Shown: positions 15,027-23,778, numbered from the stretch's first letter. The stretch is DNA of 32,000 bases from Clostridium vitabionis (GCF_015351765.1 NZ_JADKQA010000003.1:7203-39202), one strand, 5' to 3'. Notes: generated by a model not told the origin, from the sequence alone. A program made the numbers and translations.

Positions 15027-16562
15027 ATGTTTCGTGAAACCGAGGTGGAAAATGGCCGTGTCCGCGGGATTGCCTGCGGCTGGCCTTCGATCACCGTTTA
15101 TTATGGCATTCCCTACGCGAAGCCGCCGGTAGGCAGCCTGCGCTGGCGCGCGCCGGAGCCGGCGGAGCACTGGGAGGGAACCCGCGACTGCGCGAGGCCT
15201 TCGGGCCGCTGCTATCAGCTCGGCGTCGGGAAGGGCTCCTTTTACGAGAAGGAATTTTATCCGGTGGAGGAGCCCATGAGCGAGGACTGTCTCTATCTGA
15301 ACGTCTGGACGCCGGCCAAGTCCCGGGATGAGAAGCTCCCGGTGATTTTCTGGATCCACGGCGGCGCTTTCATGACCGGGTACGGCCACTCCGCGCATTT
15401 TGACGGCGAGCCCTTTGCCCGCCAGGGGGTGATCCTGGTAACCATCAACTACCGGCTGAATATCTTCGGCTGGATGGTGAGCCCGGAGCTCGACGCGGAG
15501 AATGACCGGGGCGTCTCCGGGAATTACGGTCTTCTCGACCAGATCGCGGCGCTCCGCTGGGTGAAGCGGAATATCGCGGCCTTCGGCGGCGACCCGGAGA
15601 ACATCACGCTGGCCGGCCAGTCCGCTGGCGCGGCCTCGGTGCAGGCGCTGCTCTGCTCAAAGCTCACGAAGGGGCTTTACCAGAAGGCGGTCATGCAGTC
15701 CGGCGGCGGCCCGCTGCCGATCATGGATATGAGCTTCCGCACACTCGCGGAGACGGAGAAGGCGACTTCGCTTAAGGCGCTCGGTGTGAGCAGTATCGCG
15801 GAGGCGCGCGCCCTGTCCGGGGAAGAACTCTGCGCGCGCTGGAAAGCGGCGATGATCAGCGGGCAGGGGCAGACCGGGCTCTCGGACCGGAGCCCGGTGG
15901 TGGACGGCTATGTGCTTGAGCGCACCTGCGAGCTTGCGATCGCGAAGGGGGAGACCCCGGCAGTCCCGATTCTTATCGGCTATACCGGGCATGAGGGGAT
16001 TCCGATTGCCAGGAATAGAAAGCATCTGGAGGAGATTGTCAGCCGGTGCTTCGGCGCGGCGGGAGCGCAGTATCTCGCGCTCTGCCCGGAGGACGGGGAG
16101 GCGTTCCGGGATTACCAGGACAAAATGACCACGGAGACCGCCCGGGCCGCGGCTGAGGCTTATGCGCTGCTCAGGGAGCGGCAGGGAAAGGGGGAGACCT
16201 ATGTGTATGCGCTGGAGCGGCAGCTTCCGGGGGATGCCATGGGGCCATTCCACGCGGCGGACCTGTGGTACGTTTTCCGGACGCTGACGAGATCCTGGCG
16301 GCCGTGGGAGCCGGCGGATTATATGCTGGCCTACGCCTGCAGCACTTACTGGGCGGAGTTCGCGAAGCACGGGACGCCGAACGGAAGCCGTAAGCCGGCC
16401 CTTCCGGCATGGAAGCCATTTACCGCTGATGCCCCGTATACGATGAAGCTTGACGCGGTCTCGGGAATGGTGCAGCAGCCGGAGAATATGCGGGTGAGCC
16501 GCTGGCGGGAGGCTCTGCTGCAGCTCGCGGAGATTCGGGAGAAGATGGGAGGAAAAGCATGA
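15027..16562 (+). CDS. Type-B carboxylesterase (para-nitrobenzyl esterase-like)
   Basis: The ORF track entry is 14964..16562. I prefer the ATG at 15027, with GAGGAGG 7 nt upstream. Motifs are DCLYLNVW, the oxyanion HGG (FWIHGGAF) and the nucleophile elbow GQSAGA. Confidence 0.88.
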   Translation: MFRETEVENGRVRGIACGWPSITVYYGIPYAKPPVGSLRWRAPEPAEHWEGTRDCARPSGRCYQLGVGKGSFYEKEFYPVEEPMSEDCLYLNVWTPAKSRDEKLPVIFWIHGGAFMTGYGHSAHFDGEPFARQGVILVTINYRLNIFGWMVSPELDAENDRGVSGNYGLLDQIAALRWVKRNIAAFGGDPENITLAGQSAGAASVQALLCSKLTKGLYQKAVMQSGGGPLPIMDMSFRTLAETEKATSLKALGVSSIAEARALSGEELCARWKAAMISGQGQTGLSDRSPVVDGYVLERTCELAIAKGETPAVPILIGYTGHEGIPIARNRKHLEEIVSRCFGAAGAQYLALCPEDGEAFRDYQDKMTTETARAAAEAYALLRERQGKGETYVYALERQLPGDAMGPFHAADLWYVFRTLTRSWRPWEPADYMLAYACSTYWAEFAKHGTPNGSRKPALPAWKPFTADAPYTMKLDAVSGMVQQPENMRVSRWREALLQLAEIREKMGGKA

Positions 16563-17497
16563 AATTCGCAATTTATCCGGGATATGAGGATCACCTGAGG
16601 GTGAATGAGACACTTGCCTGGGGGACGGACGAGGAGAAGGCCGCGGCCTTCCGGGAGCAGCAGAAGAATCTTAAGGCATTCACGCTCCCTGAGGGGATGA
16701 CGATGGAAGACAGGGAGATTCCAGGGTCAGAGGACGGACAGCACATCCGCATCCGGATCTTCCGGCCGAAGGATGCCCCGGCCCTGTCCCCGGTCATCCT
16801 GGAGGTGCACGGCGGCGGCTGGATCGGCGGCAATCTGGATATCGACAATCACCGCTGTGTCTATCTCGCGGAGCACACGCCGGCGGTCGTCGTCGGGGTG
16901 GAATACCGCCTGGCCAGCCGGGAGGTGCATTTCCCGGCGCCGCTCATGGACTGCCTTACGGCGCTCCGGTGGGTCTATGACCATGGGCGGGAAAATGGTA
17001 TGGATCCGGAGCGGATCGGCCTTCACGGTACGAGCGCTGGAGGAAACCTGGTCGCCGGCATGGCGCTCTGGGCGCGGGATCACGGCGGGCCGAGGATTTC
17101 CCTCGCGGTGATCAACTGCGGCGTCTTCACGGCAGAACCCTCGTATTCCTACTACCAGAATCAGAGATTTGCGCTCGGGCCGGAGCGGCCGTGGCTGGAG
17201 ACGCCGGAATCGACCTATGCTCCGGCGGACGGAAGCCCGCAGTCCTACTACGCTTTTCCCGGCCTCTGCCGGAATCTCGGCGGCCTCTGCCCGCACTTTA
17301 TCGTCACGGCCGAGTACGACCAACTCCGGGATGAGGGGCTGGAGTACGGCATGCGCCTCCTCCGCGCCGGGGTTCCCTGCGAGATGATCCAGGCACCCAG
17401 GGTCGGGCATGGCTTCTGCGTCGTCCACCATCCGCTGGCGGACTGGGTGCACGACGGCATCTGCGCCTCGTTCCGGAGAGAGTTCGGCATGATCTGA
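16559..17497 (+). CDS. Alpha/beta hydrolase, hormone-sensitive-lipase family (family IV esterase)
   Basis: 312 aa with the HGGG motif (LEVHGGGWIGG) and GxSxG (HGTSAGGN). The start overlaps the previous stop (ATGA at 16559-16562). Confidence 0.85.
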   Translation: MKFAIYPGYEDHLRVNETLAWGTDEEKAAAFREQQKNLKAFTLPEGMTMEDREIPGSEDGQHIRIRIFRPKDAPALSPVILEVHGGGWIGGNLDIDNHRCVYLAEHTPAVVVGVEYRLASREVHFPAPLMDCLTALRWVYDHGRENGMDPERIGLHGTSAGGNLVAGMALWARDHGGPRISLAVINCGVFTAEPSYSYYQNQRFALGPERPWLETPESTYAPADGSPQSYYAFPGLCRNLGGLCPHFIVTAEYDQLRDEGLEYGMRLLRAGVPCEMIQAPRVGHGFCVVHHPLADWVHDGICASFRREFGMI

Positions 17498-17534
17498 GCT
17501 GTTTGGCACTGTGTTTATTTTCCAGGCGGCAGAG

Positions 17535-17566
17535 GGGCGGTTCTTCCGGGAGCCGCCCGTTTTTTG
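17535..17566 (+). terminator. Intrinsic terminator after the esterase pair
   Basis: GGGCGG (17535-17540) pairs with CCGCCC (17553-17558), and TTTTTT follows at 17560-17565. Confidence 0.65.
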
Positions 17567-17604
17567 CGCGCTTTGCTGCGCCGGCATCCCCTCTGCCCCT
17601 TTTC

Positions 17605-17633
17605 TTGACAAATGTTCCCGCCGCGGATATGCT
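17605..17633 (+). promoter_or_regulatory. Sigma-A-type promoter for metG
   Basis: TTGACA (17605-17610), a 17-nt spacer, then TATGCT (17628-17633). A second TTGACAAAT..CCGCGGA module begins 33 nt downstream at 17638 and has a poor -10. Confidence 0.55.
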
Positions 17634-17701
17634 GTTTTTGACAAATCCGCATCATCCGCGGAATTTTACGCCGCATCATTGGCGGAGACGGGAGGCACTT
17701 C

Positions 17702-19765
17702 ATGACAGAGAAAATCAGGAAACCATACTATATTACTACGGCGATCGCTTATGCGTCCGGCAAGCCCCACATCGGGAATACCTACGAGATCGTCCTCGCG
17801 GACAGTATTGCCCGCTGGAAGAGAGAGCAGGGCTATGATGTCCATTTCCAGACCGGGACGGACGAGCACGGCCAGAAGATCGAGAATAAGGCGAAGGAAG
17901 CCGGCATGACGCCGAAGGAGTTCGTTGACCAGACTGCAGCAGAGATCAAGAGAATCTGGGATCTCATGAACACCTCCTATGACCGCTTTATCCGCACCAC
18001 GGATGAAGATCATGTGGCGCAGGTCCAGAAAATCTTCAAGAAACTGTACGACCAGGGCGACATTTACAAGGGGTACTATGAAGGCCTCTACTGCACGCCC
18101 TGCGAATCCTTCTGGACGAAATCCCAGCTGGTGGACGGCCGCTGTCCGGACTGCGGGCGCCCGGTGACGCCGGCAAAGGAAGAAGCATACTTCTTCCGGA
18201 TGAGCAAGTACGCGCCGAGGCTGATCGACTACATCAATGAGCACCCGGAGTTTATCCAGCCGGTTGCGCGCAAGAATGAGATGATGAATAACTTCCTGAA
18301 GCCCGGCCTTCAGGACCTCTGCGTGTCCCGCACCTCCTTCAAGTGGGGGATTCCGGTGGATTTCGACCCGAAGCATGTGGTTTACGTGTGGCTGGACGCC
18401 CTGGTGAACTATATCACCGGGATCGGCTACAACTGCGGCGGGGAGAGCGGCGAGCTGTACAAGAAGTATTGGCCGGCGGATCTCCACCTGATCGGCAAGG
18501 ACATCATCCGCTTCCATACGATTTACTGGCCCATTTTCCTGATGGCGCTCGGCGAGCCGCTGCCGAAGCAGGTTTTCGGCCATCCGTGGCTCCTGCAGGC
18601 CGGCGGCAAGATGAGCAAGTCGAAGGGCAATGTCATCTACGCGGATGATATGGTGGATCTCTTCGGCGTGGACGCGGTCCGCTATTTCGTTCTTCACGAG
18701 ATGCCGTTTGACAACGACGGCGTGATCTCCTGGGACCTGATGATCGAGCGCAATAACTCCGATCTGGCCAACATCCTCGGAAACCTGGTGAAGCGCACGG
18801 TATCCATGAGCAACAAGTATTTTGGCGGTGTGGTGACCGACACGGGCGCCGCGGAGCCGGTGGACGAGGATCTCAAAAAGACTGTCCTCGACGCGGTGAA
18901 GAAGGCGGACGAGAAGATGAACCAGCTCCGCGTGGCGGACGCGCTGACCGCGATTTTCGAGATTTTCCGCAGGAGCAACAAATATATCGATGAGACGGCG
19001 CCTTGGACGCTGGCAAAGGATGAAGCGAAGAAGGACCGCCTGGCGACGGTTCTCTACAACCTGACCGAGGCGATTGCCATCGGCGGCTCGCTGCTGTATG
19101 CCTTTATGCCGGAGACCTCGGAGAAGATTCTTCGGGAGATCGGCTGTGCAAAGCGTTCCCTGGAGGAAATGGACAGGTTCGGCCTCTATCCGTCGGGAAG
19201 CCATGTGACTGACGCGCCGGAGACGCTGTTTGCCCGCATCGACCGCAAGGAGATTGAGCCGAAGATCGACGCCATTGAGGAGAAGCAGAGGGCTGCCGCG
19301 GAGAAGAACGCGGCGGAGGCCGGAAATCCTGAGACCGCCGGGGAGAAGGAGAAAGCTTCATCAGGGGAAGGAAAAGCTCCGGAAAATGGCGCCGCCCCTG
19401 ACTCGGGTTCCTTTGTGGACACGCCCGCGCAGACCAAGGAGGCCTGCACGATCGACGATTTCGCGAAATGTGAGTTTCGTGTCGGCGAGGTGCTCTCCTG
19501 CGAGAAGGTTCCGAAGTCCAGGAAGCTTCTCTGCTTCAAGATCCGCTTCGGCAGGGAGACCCGCCAGATCCTGTCCGGAATCCAGGCATATTATGAGCCG
19601 GAGCAGCTGGTGGGCAAAAAGGTGATCGCGATCACGAACCTGCCGCCGAGAAAGATGGCCGGCATGGAGTCCCAGGGCATGCTTCTCTCCGCCCTGGATG
19701 ACAAGGGCAGCCTGAGCCTGCTCACCACGATGGCGGATATCGCTGCCGGCTCGGAAGTAGGCTGA
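17702..19765 (+). CDS. metG: Methionine--tRNA ligase with a C-terminal EMAP/Trbp111-like tRNA-binding domain
   Basis: 687 aa with a HIGH-type motif (KPHIGNTYE), KMSKS (GGKMSKSKGN) and a zinc knuckle (CTPCE...CPDCG). A low-complexity linker precedes the OB-fold tail (FRVGEVLSCEKVPKSRKLL). Confidence 0.95.
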   Translation: MTEKIRKPYYITTAIAYASGKPHIGNTYEIVLADSIARWKREQGYDVHFQTGTDEHGQKIENKAKEAGMTPKEFVDQTAAEIKRIWDLMNTSYDRFIRTTDEDHVAQVQKIFKKLYDQGDIYKGYYEGLYCTPCESFWTKSQLVDGRCPDCGRPVTPAKEEAYFFRMSKYAPRLIDYINEHPEFIQPVARKNEMMNNFLKPGLQDLCVSRTSFKWGIPVDFDPKHVVYVWLDALVNYITGIGYNCGGESGELYKKYWPADLHLIGKDIIRFHTIYWPIFLMALGEPLPKQVFGHPWLLQAGGKMSKSKGNVIYADDMVDLFGVDAVRYFVLHEMPFDNDGVISWDLMIERNNSDLANILGNLVKRTVSMSNKYFGGVVTDTGAAEPVDEDLKKTVLDAVKKADEKMNQLRVADALTAIFEIFRRSNKYIDETAPWTLAKDEAKKDRLATVLYNLTEAIAIGGSLLYAFMPETSEKILREIGCAKRSLEEMDRFGLYPSGSHVTDAPETLFARIDRKEIEPKIDAIEEKQRAAAEKNAAEAGNPETAGEKEKASSGEGKAPENGAAPDSGSFVDTPAQTKEACTIDDFAKCEFRVGEVLSCEKVPKSRKLLCFKIRFGRETRQILSGIQAYYEPEQLVGKKVIAITNLPPRKMAGMESQGMLLSALDDKGSLSLLTTMADIAAGSEVG

Positions 19766-19767
19766 CC

Positions 19768-20538
19768 ATGATTTTTGACACGCACGCGCACTACGACGAT
19801 CCGGCCTTTGACGGAGACCGGGATGCGCTTCTTCGAAGCTTCCCGGCCGCCGGCATCGGTCATGTGACCAATGTCTGCTGTACGCTCCGGTCACTTAAGA
19901 CTACCCGGGAGCTCACGGAGGCCTGGGATTTCCTCTACGGGGCTGCCGGGATTCACCCGGAGAGCGTAGGAGAGCTCAGTGAGGAGACATTTTCCAGGGT
20001 CCGGGAGACGGCGCGGCTTCCGAAGTTTGTCGCCGTCGGGGAGATCGGCCTCGACTATTATGAGAAGGAGGCACCGGACCGGGAGACGCAGAAGAAGTGG
20101 TTCCGCCGCCAGCTGGATCTCGCCCGCGAGCTGGGAAAACCGGTGGTGATTCACAGCCGCGAGGCGGCGAAGGATACGCTGGATATCCTGAGGGAAGCCC
20201 GGGGCGGGGAGATCGGCGGCGTCATTCACTGCTTCTCCTATTCCCGGGAGATGGCCAGGGAATATCTGGGACTGGGCTTTTTCCTCGGCATCGGCGGTGT
20301 TTCTACCTATAAAAACGCGCGGCGCCTGTTGGAGGTGATCCGGTATGCGCCCATGGACCGGCTGGTGCTGGAGACGGATTCGCCCTATCTTGCGCCGGAA
20401 CCGCACCGGGGGACGAGAAATTCTTCCCTGAACCTGCCGCTGGTCGTCCGGGCGATTGCGGAGAACCGCGGGATGGGGGCGGAGGAAGTGGAACAGCAGA
20501 CCTGGGAAAATGCGCGCCGCCTTTACCGCATTTCCTGA
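19768..20538 (+). CDS. tatD: TatD-family metal-dependent DNase/hydrolase (YabD-like)
   Basis: 256 aa with MIFDTHAHYDD, GEIGLDYY, VIHSREA, HCFS and ETDSPYL. It starts 2 nt after the metG stop, in the conserved metG-tatD order. Confidence 0.9.
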   Translation: MIFDTHAHYDDPAFDGDRDALLRSFPAAGIGHVTNVCCTLRSLKTTRELTEAWDFLYGAAGIHPESVGELSEETFSRVRETARLPKFVAVGEIGLDYYEKEAPDRETQKKWFRRQLDLARELGKPVVIHSREAAKDTLDILREARGGEIGGVIHCFSYSREMAREYLGLGFFLGIGGVSTYKNARRLLEVIRYAPMDRLVLETDSPYLAPEPHRGTRNSSLNLPLVVRAIAENRGMGAEEVEQQTWENARRLYRIS

Positions 20539-20553
20539 CCGTCAGGAGGCAGC

Positions 20554-21432
20554 ATGGAGAAAAATCTGGCTATCCCGAAAAATACCCTTGAGGTTCTCCG
20601 GAAGTATGAGTTTGCTTTCCGGAAGCAGCTCGGGCAGAACTTTCTGATCGACCCCGGCGTTCTTGACGCGATCGCGGAGGCGGCAGAGATCGGCAGCGGG
20701 GATATGGTTCTGGAGATCGGCCCCGGCATCGGCACGCTGACCCGCCGGCTGGCGGCGGAAGCCGGCCATGTGGTGGCCGTGGAGATCGATGACCATCTGA
20801 TCCCGATTCTCCGGGACACCCTGTCGGATCTCACGAATGTGACCGTGATCCACAACGATATCCTGAAGACGGACATCCGGGCGCTGGCGGACGAGTACAA
20901 CGGAGGCCGGCCGATCCGGGTGGTGGCCAATCTTCCGTACTACATCACGACGCCGATCGTCATGGGGCTGTTTGAGAGCGGGGTTCCGCTGAGCTCGGTG
21001 ACAGTCATGGTGCAGAAGGAGGTCGCCGAGCGGATGCAGGCGGGGCCGGGCACGAAGGATTACGGGGCGCTCTCCCTGACGGTGCAGTATTACTCCGAGG
21101 CGGAGATCGTGGCCCATGTGCCGCCGTCCTGCTTTATTCCCCGGCCGAAGGTCGGCTCCGCGGTGATCCGCCTGCGGCGGCGGGAGGTTCCCGCCGTCCG
21201 GACAGAGGATCCGGACGGGCTGTTTTGCCTGATCCGGGCGGCGTTCGGACAGCGCAGGAAAACGCTGGCGAATGCGCTGGCCAATGCGGCTTCGCTCTCT
21301 TTTTCCAAGGAGCAGATTCAGCAGGCGATCACCGAGGCCGGATTTTCCCCGACCGTACGCGGCGAGGCGCTGACCCTGGAGCAGTTCGCGAGGCTGCAGG
21401 AGATTCTCACCGCGGGCAGGGAAAATGCCTGA
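20554..21432 (+). CDS. rsmA: 16S rRNA (adenine1518/1519-N6)-dimethyltransferase RsmA/KsgA
   Basis: 292 aa with LGQNFL, the SAM-binding motif EIGPGIGTLT, and NLPYYITTPI. Confidence 0.93.
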   Translation: MEKNLAIPKNTLEVLRKYEFAFRKQLGQNFLIDPGVLDAIAEAAEIGSGDMVLEIGPGIGTLTRRLAAEAGHVVAVEIDDHLIPILRDTLSDLTNVTVIHNDILKTDIRALADEYNGGRPIRVVANLPYYITTPIVMGLFESGVPLSSVTVMVQKEVAERMQAGPGTKDYGALSLTVQYYSEAEIVAHVPPSCFIPRPKVGSAVIRLRRREVPAVRTEDPDGLFCLIRAAFGQRRKTLANALANAASLSFSKEQIQQAITEAGFSPTVRGEALTLEQFARLQEILTAGRENA

Positions 21433-21526
21433 ACCGCCCGGCGCCTGTCTGCGGATCCGCTTCGGCGCGCAGGCAGGCGGAGGGCTATCGCGGGAAAATT
21501 TTTGCCAAGAAAAATTCGATTTTTGC

Positions 21527-21555
21527 TTGACAGCCGCGCAAGGATTTAGTATTAT
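21527..21555 (+). promoter_or_regulatory. Strong sigma-A-type promoter for the tRNA-Phe/tRNA-Gly pair
   Basis: TTGACA (21527-21532), a 17-nt spacer, then TATTAT (21550-21555). An A/T-rich UP-like tract (GAAAATTTTTGCCAAGAAAAATTCGATTTTT) lies upstream. Confidence 0.7.
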
Positions 21556-21593
21556 AGTCGATGTCACACGGAGCGCTTGCGCTTCAGGACGAT

Positions 21594-21666
<73 letters not shown>

Positions 21667-21676
21667 CTTTTTTTAT

Positions 21677-21747
21677 GCAGGTGTAGTTCAGTGGTAGAAC
21701 ACCAGCCTTCCAAGCTGGATATGTGGGTTCGATTCCCATCACCTGCT
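21677..21747 (+). tRNA. tRNA-Gly (anticodon UCC)
   Basis: The cloverleaf has acceptor GCAGGTG/CACCTGC and D-arm GTTC-AGTGGTA-GAAC. The anticodon arm is CCAGC-CTTCCAA-GCTGG and the T-arm is GTGGG-TTCGATT-CCCAT. Total length is 71 nt. Confidence 0.9.
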
Positions 21748-21771
21748 TGTTTTTGTTCGCGAGAGAATGAG

Positions 21772-21813
21772 AGAGCATGCACTTCTGAGGGGGGAGTGTG
21801 TGCTCTTTTTTTT
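21772..21813 (+). terminator. Intrinsic terminator after the tRNA pair
   Basis: AGAGCATGCACT (21772-21783) pairs with AGTGTGTGCTCT (21795-21806), 12 bp including 2 G-U pairs. A run of T residues follows to 21813. Confidence 0.8.
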
Positions 21814-21880
21814 ACGTGGAGGAGGAAGAACTGGGGATTTCTCCGCCGCAGGCAGGGGAACATTCATAGGGGGTAGAGTT

Positions 21881-22576
21881 ATGTGGTTTTGGCTGATCAG
21901 CGCAGCCCGGGGGTGGGATGTGCTGGCGATTATTATCCGTCTTACGGTGGCACTGGTTGTTGGCCTGGTGATCGGGATTGACCGCGGGCTCAAGCACAGG
22001 GGGGCAGGCATCAAGACGCATGCCTTGGTCTGCCTTGGTTCGGCGCTGGTTATGCTGACCAGCGAATATATCGCGATCCAGTTTCCGGAAGTCCGCGCGG
22101 ACATGAACCGGATGGGCGCCCAGGTGATCAGCGGCGTCGGGTTCCTCGGTGTGGGCACGATCATCGTGACCGGCCGGCACCAGGTCCGCGGCCTGACGAC
22201 GGCGGCCGGCCTCTGGACCTGCGCCTGCCTCGGGCTTGCCGCCGGCATCGGCTTTATCGACGGGGCAATCTATGCCCTGGTGTTTGTCGTCTTTATTTTC
22301 AAGGTGTTCAACCGGCTGGATATCTATGTGCGTGAGCACGCGGTGGTTTATGACTTTTACATTGAATTTGTCACCGGTTCCAGCGTTGCCCGGTTTATCG
22401 ACGCTATGCGGAGCCGCGGCGTCAAAATCTCCAGTATTGAGCTGACGAAGAGCCGGATCAAGGGCGAGGGGCCGTCCGCGATCATCACCCTGGAGATCCG
22501 CGACCGGCGTGTCCGGGAGACGATCCTCGGGGAGATCCAGAGCCTCGAATTTGTCCGCTACGCCGAGGAGACCTGA
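21881..22576 (+). CDS. mgtC: MgtC/SapB-family membrane protein
   Basis: The ORF track entry is 21767..22576. I prefer the ATG at 21881, with AGGGGG upstream. IIRLTVALVVGLVIGIDRGLKHRGAGIKTHALVCLGSAL and QVISGVGFLGVGTII are typical of the MgtC N-domain. A soluble ACT-like C-terminal domain follows. Confidence 0.85.
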   Translation: MWFWLISAARGWDVLAIIIRLTVALVVGLVIGIDRGLKHRGAGIKTHALVCLGSALVMLTSEYIAIQFPEVRADMNRMGAQVISGVGFLGVGTIIVTGRHQVRGLTTAAGLWTCACLGLAAGIGFIDGAIYALVFVVFIFKVFNRLDIYVREHAVVYDFYIEFVTGSSVARFIDAMRSRGVKISSIELTKSRIKGEGPSAIITLEIRDRRVRETILGEIQSLEFVRYAEET

Positions 22577-22599
22577 GACAAAGGCGTGTGCCGGAAAAC

Positions 22600-22640
22600 G
22601 CGCAAATCCGGAAGGGCGTACTGCCCTTCCGGATTTGCGC
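22600..22640. repeat. Perfect 18-bp inverted repeat (41-nt palindromic element)
   Basis: GCGCAAATCCGGAAGGGC (22600-22617), the loop gtact, then GCCCTTCCGGATTTGCGC (22623-22640). No T-tract follows on the plus strand. The right arm overlaps the putative glpP -35. Confidence 0.9.
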
Positions 22641-22663
22641 GCATCCCGCTCCTGTGCTATGAT
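22635..22663 (+). promoter_or_regulatory. Candidate promoter for glpP
   Basis: TTGCGC (22635-22640), a 17-nt spacer, then an extended -10 TGcTATGAT (-10 at 22658-22663). Confidence 0.45.
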
Positions 22664-22708
22664 GCTAAGCGTGAGAAGCAGAAGATGGCTGTACGGGAGG
22701 AACGGAAA

Positions 22709-23272
22709 ATGGAGAGAATGCTGGAACTTCTGGAAACAAATCCGGTGATTGCCGCGGTGAAGAGCCAGGAAGGGCTGAATCGCGCCCTGGAAAGCCAGTG
22801 CTCGGTCATTTTCCTTCTGTTCGGGTCGGTCTGCGATATCACCGACCTGGTAGACCAGGTCAAGGGGGCGGGCAAAGCGGCCATCGTCCACATGGATCTG
22901 GTGCAGGGGCTGGCGTCCAAGGAGATTTCGGTGGATTTCCTCCGCAACAATACCCGCGCGGACGGGATCATCAGCACGAAATCGCCGCTGGTCAAGCACG
23001 CCAGGGAGCTTGGACTGCTCTGCATCCAGCGGTCCTTCGTCGTCGATTCCATGGCCCTGGCCACACTGAAAAAGCAGCTGCAGTCTTTCCGGCCGGACGC
23101 GGTGGAGATCATGCCCGGGATCATGCCGCAGATTTTGCGCCAGCTCCGGGAGAACGGAGATCTTCCGCTGATCGCCGGCGGCCTCATCCAGAGCCGGAAA
23201 GATATCATCGCGGCGCTGGATGCCGGTGCGGATGCGATCTCCACGACGAGGGAGGCGCTCTGGAATGCCTGA
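22709..23272 (+). CDS. glpP: GlpP-family glycerol-3-phosphate-responsive antiterminator
   Basis: The ORF track entry is 22586..23272. I prefer the ATG at 22709, with GGGAGG 8 nt upstream. MERMLELLETNPVIAAVKSQEGL...IFLLFGS...VHMDLVQGL...DGIISTK...IQRSFVVDS...PDAVEIMPG...PLIAGGLI follows the GlpP pattern throughout. Confidence 0.85.
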   Translation: MERMLELLETNPVIAAVKSQEGLNRALESQCSVIFLLFGSVCDITDLVDQVKGAGKAAIVHMDLVQGLASKEISVDFLRNNTRADGIISTKSPLVKHARELGLLCIQRSFVVDSMALATLKKQLQSFRPDAVEIMPGIMPQILRQLRENGDLPLIAGGLIQSRKDIIAALDAGADAISTTREALWNA

Positions 23273-23371
23273 GGACAACATTTCCGCAAGCCGCTGTTTA
23301 TTGGTTTTCCTCGCCTGCCCTGAACAGTAACACAGCGGTAAACGGGGCGGGAAAAGTTTTTTAAAATGTTG

Positions 23372-23400
23372 TTGCATCCCCGGAGAATCTGTGCTAATAT
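23372..23400 (+). promoter_or_regulatory. Sigma-A-type promoter for tRNA-Gly(GCC)
   Basis: TTGCAT (23372-23377), a 17-nt spacer, then an extended -10 TGcTAATAT (-10 at 23395-23400). Confidence 0.6.
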
Positions 23401-23430
23401 AACTCTCGTCGGTGAAAACGACAAGCCAAT

Positions 23431-23502
23431 GCGCGAGTGGCTCAGAGGTGGAGCACCACCTTGCCAAGGTGGGGGCCGCGGGTTCGAATCCCGTCTCGCG
23501 CT
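23431..23502 (+). tRNA. tRNA-Gly (anticodon GCC)
   Basis: The cloverleaf has acceptor GCGCGAG/CTCGCGC and D-arm GCTC-AGAGGTG-GAGC. The anticodon arm is CCACC-TTGCCAA-GGTGG and the T-arm is GCGGG-TTCGAAT-CCCGT. Total length is 72 nt. Confidence 0.9.
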
Positions 23503-23514
23503 CTGATGGGAAGA

Positions 23515-23549
23515 CCGAAATCCTTTGCCGGGGTTTCGGCCTTTTTTTC
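23515..23549 (+). terminator. Intrinsic terminator after tRNA-Gly(GCC)
   Basis: CCGAAATCC pairs imperfectly with GGGGTTTCGG, and CCTTTTTTTC follows. Confidence 0.65.
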
Positions 23550-23644
23550 TGCGCGGAGCATGGAACAAGCGCAAGCCCGGCGGTCGAGGCGCAGGTTTGG
23601 CGCGGGCTATGCGGATCTGACTGCCGTTTTCCGAACCGGTGCGG

Positions 23645-23701
23645 CAAAAAAAGCTGCCTTCCGTCCCGCAAAGACCCGGGAAGAAAGACAGCTGATTTTT
23701 T
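23645..23701. terminator. Possible bidirectional terminator downstream of map
   Basis: AGCTG..CTTCC (23652-23662) pairs with GGAAG..CAGCT (23679-23693), leaving a bulge. It is flanked by an A7 run upstream and a T6 run downstream. Confidence 0.4.
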
Positions 23702-23778
23702 AACGGTTTGGCACATGCCGGTGAGGGTGATCGGAACAGCCGCCGTATGGTTTGCCGTGGCGGCAGCGAGGCCGGAAT

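Noticed and set aside
17498-17701. A T-box leader upstream of metG.
   Set aside because: Only about 70 nt separate the best promoter from the start codon. There is no T-box sequence (AANNNGGGTGGTACCGCG-like) and no terminator/antiterminator pair.
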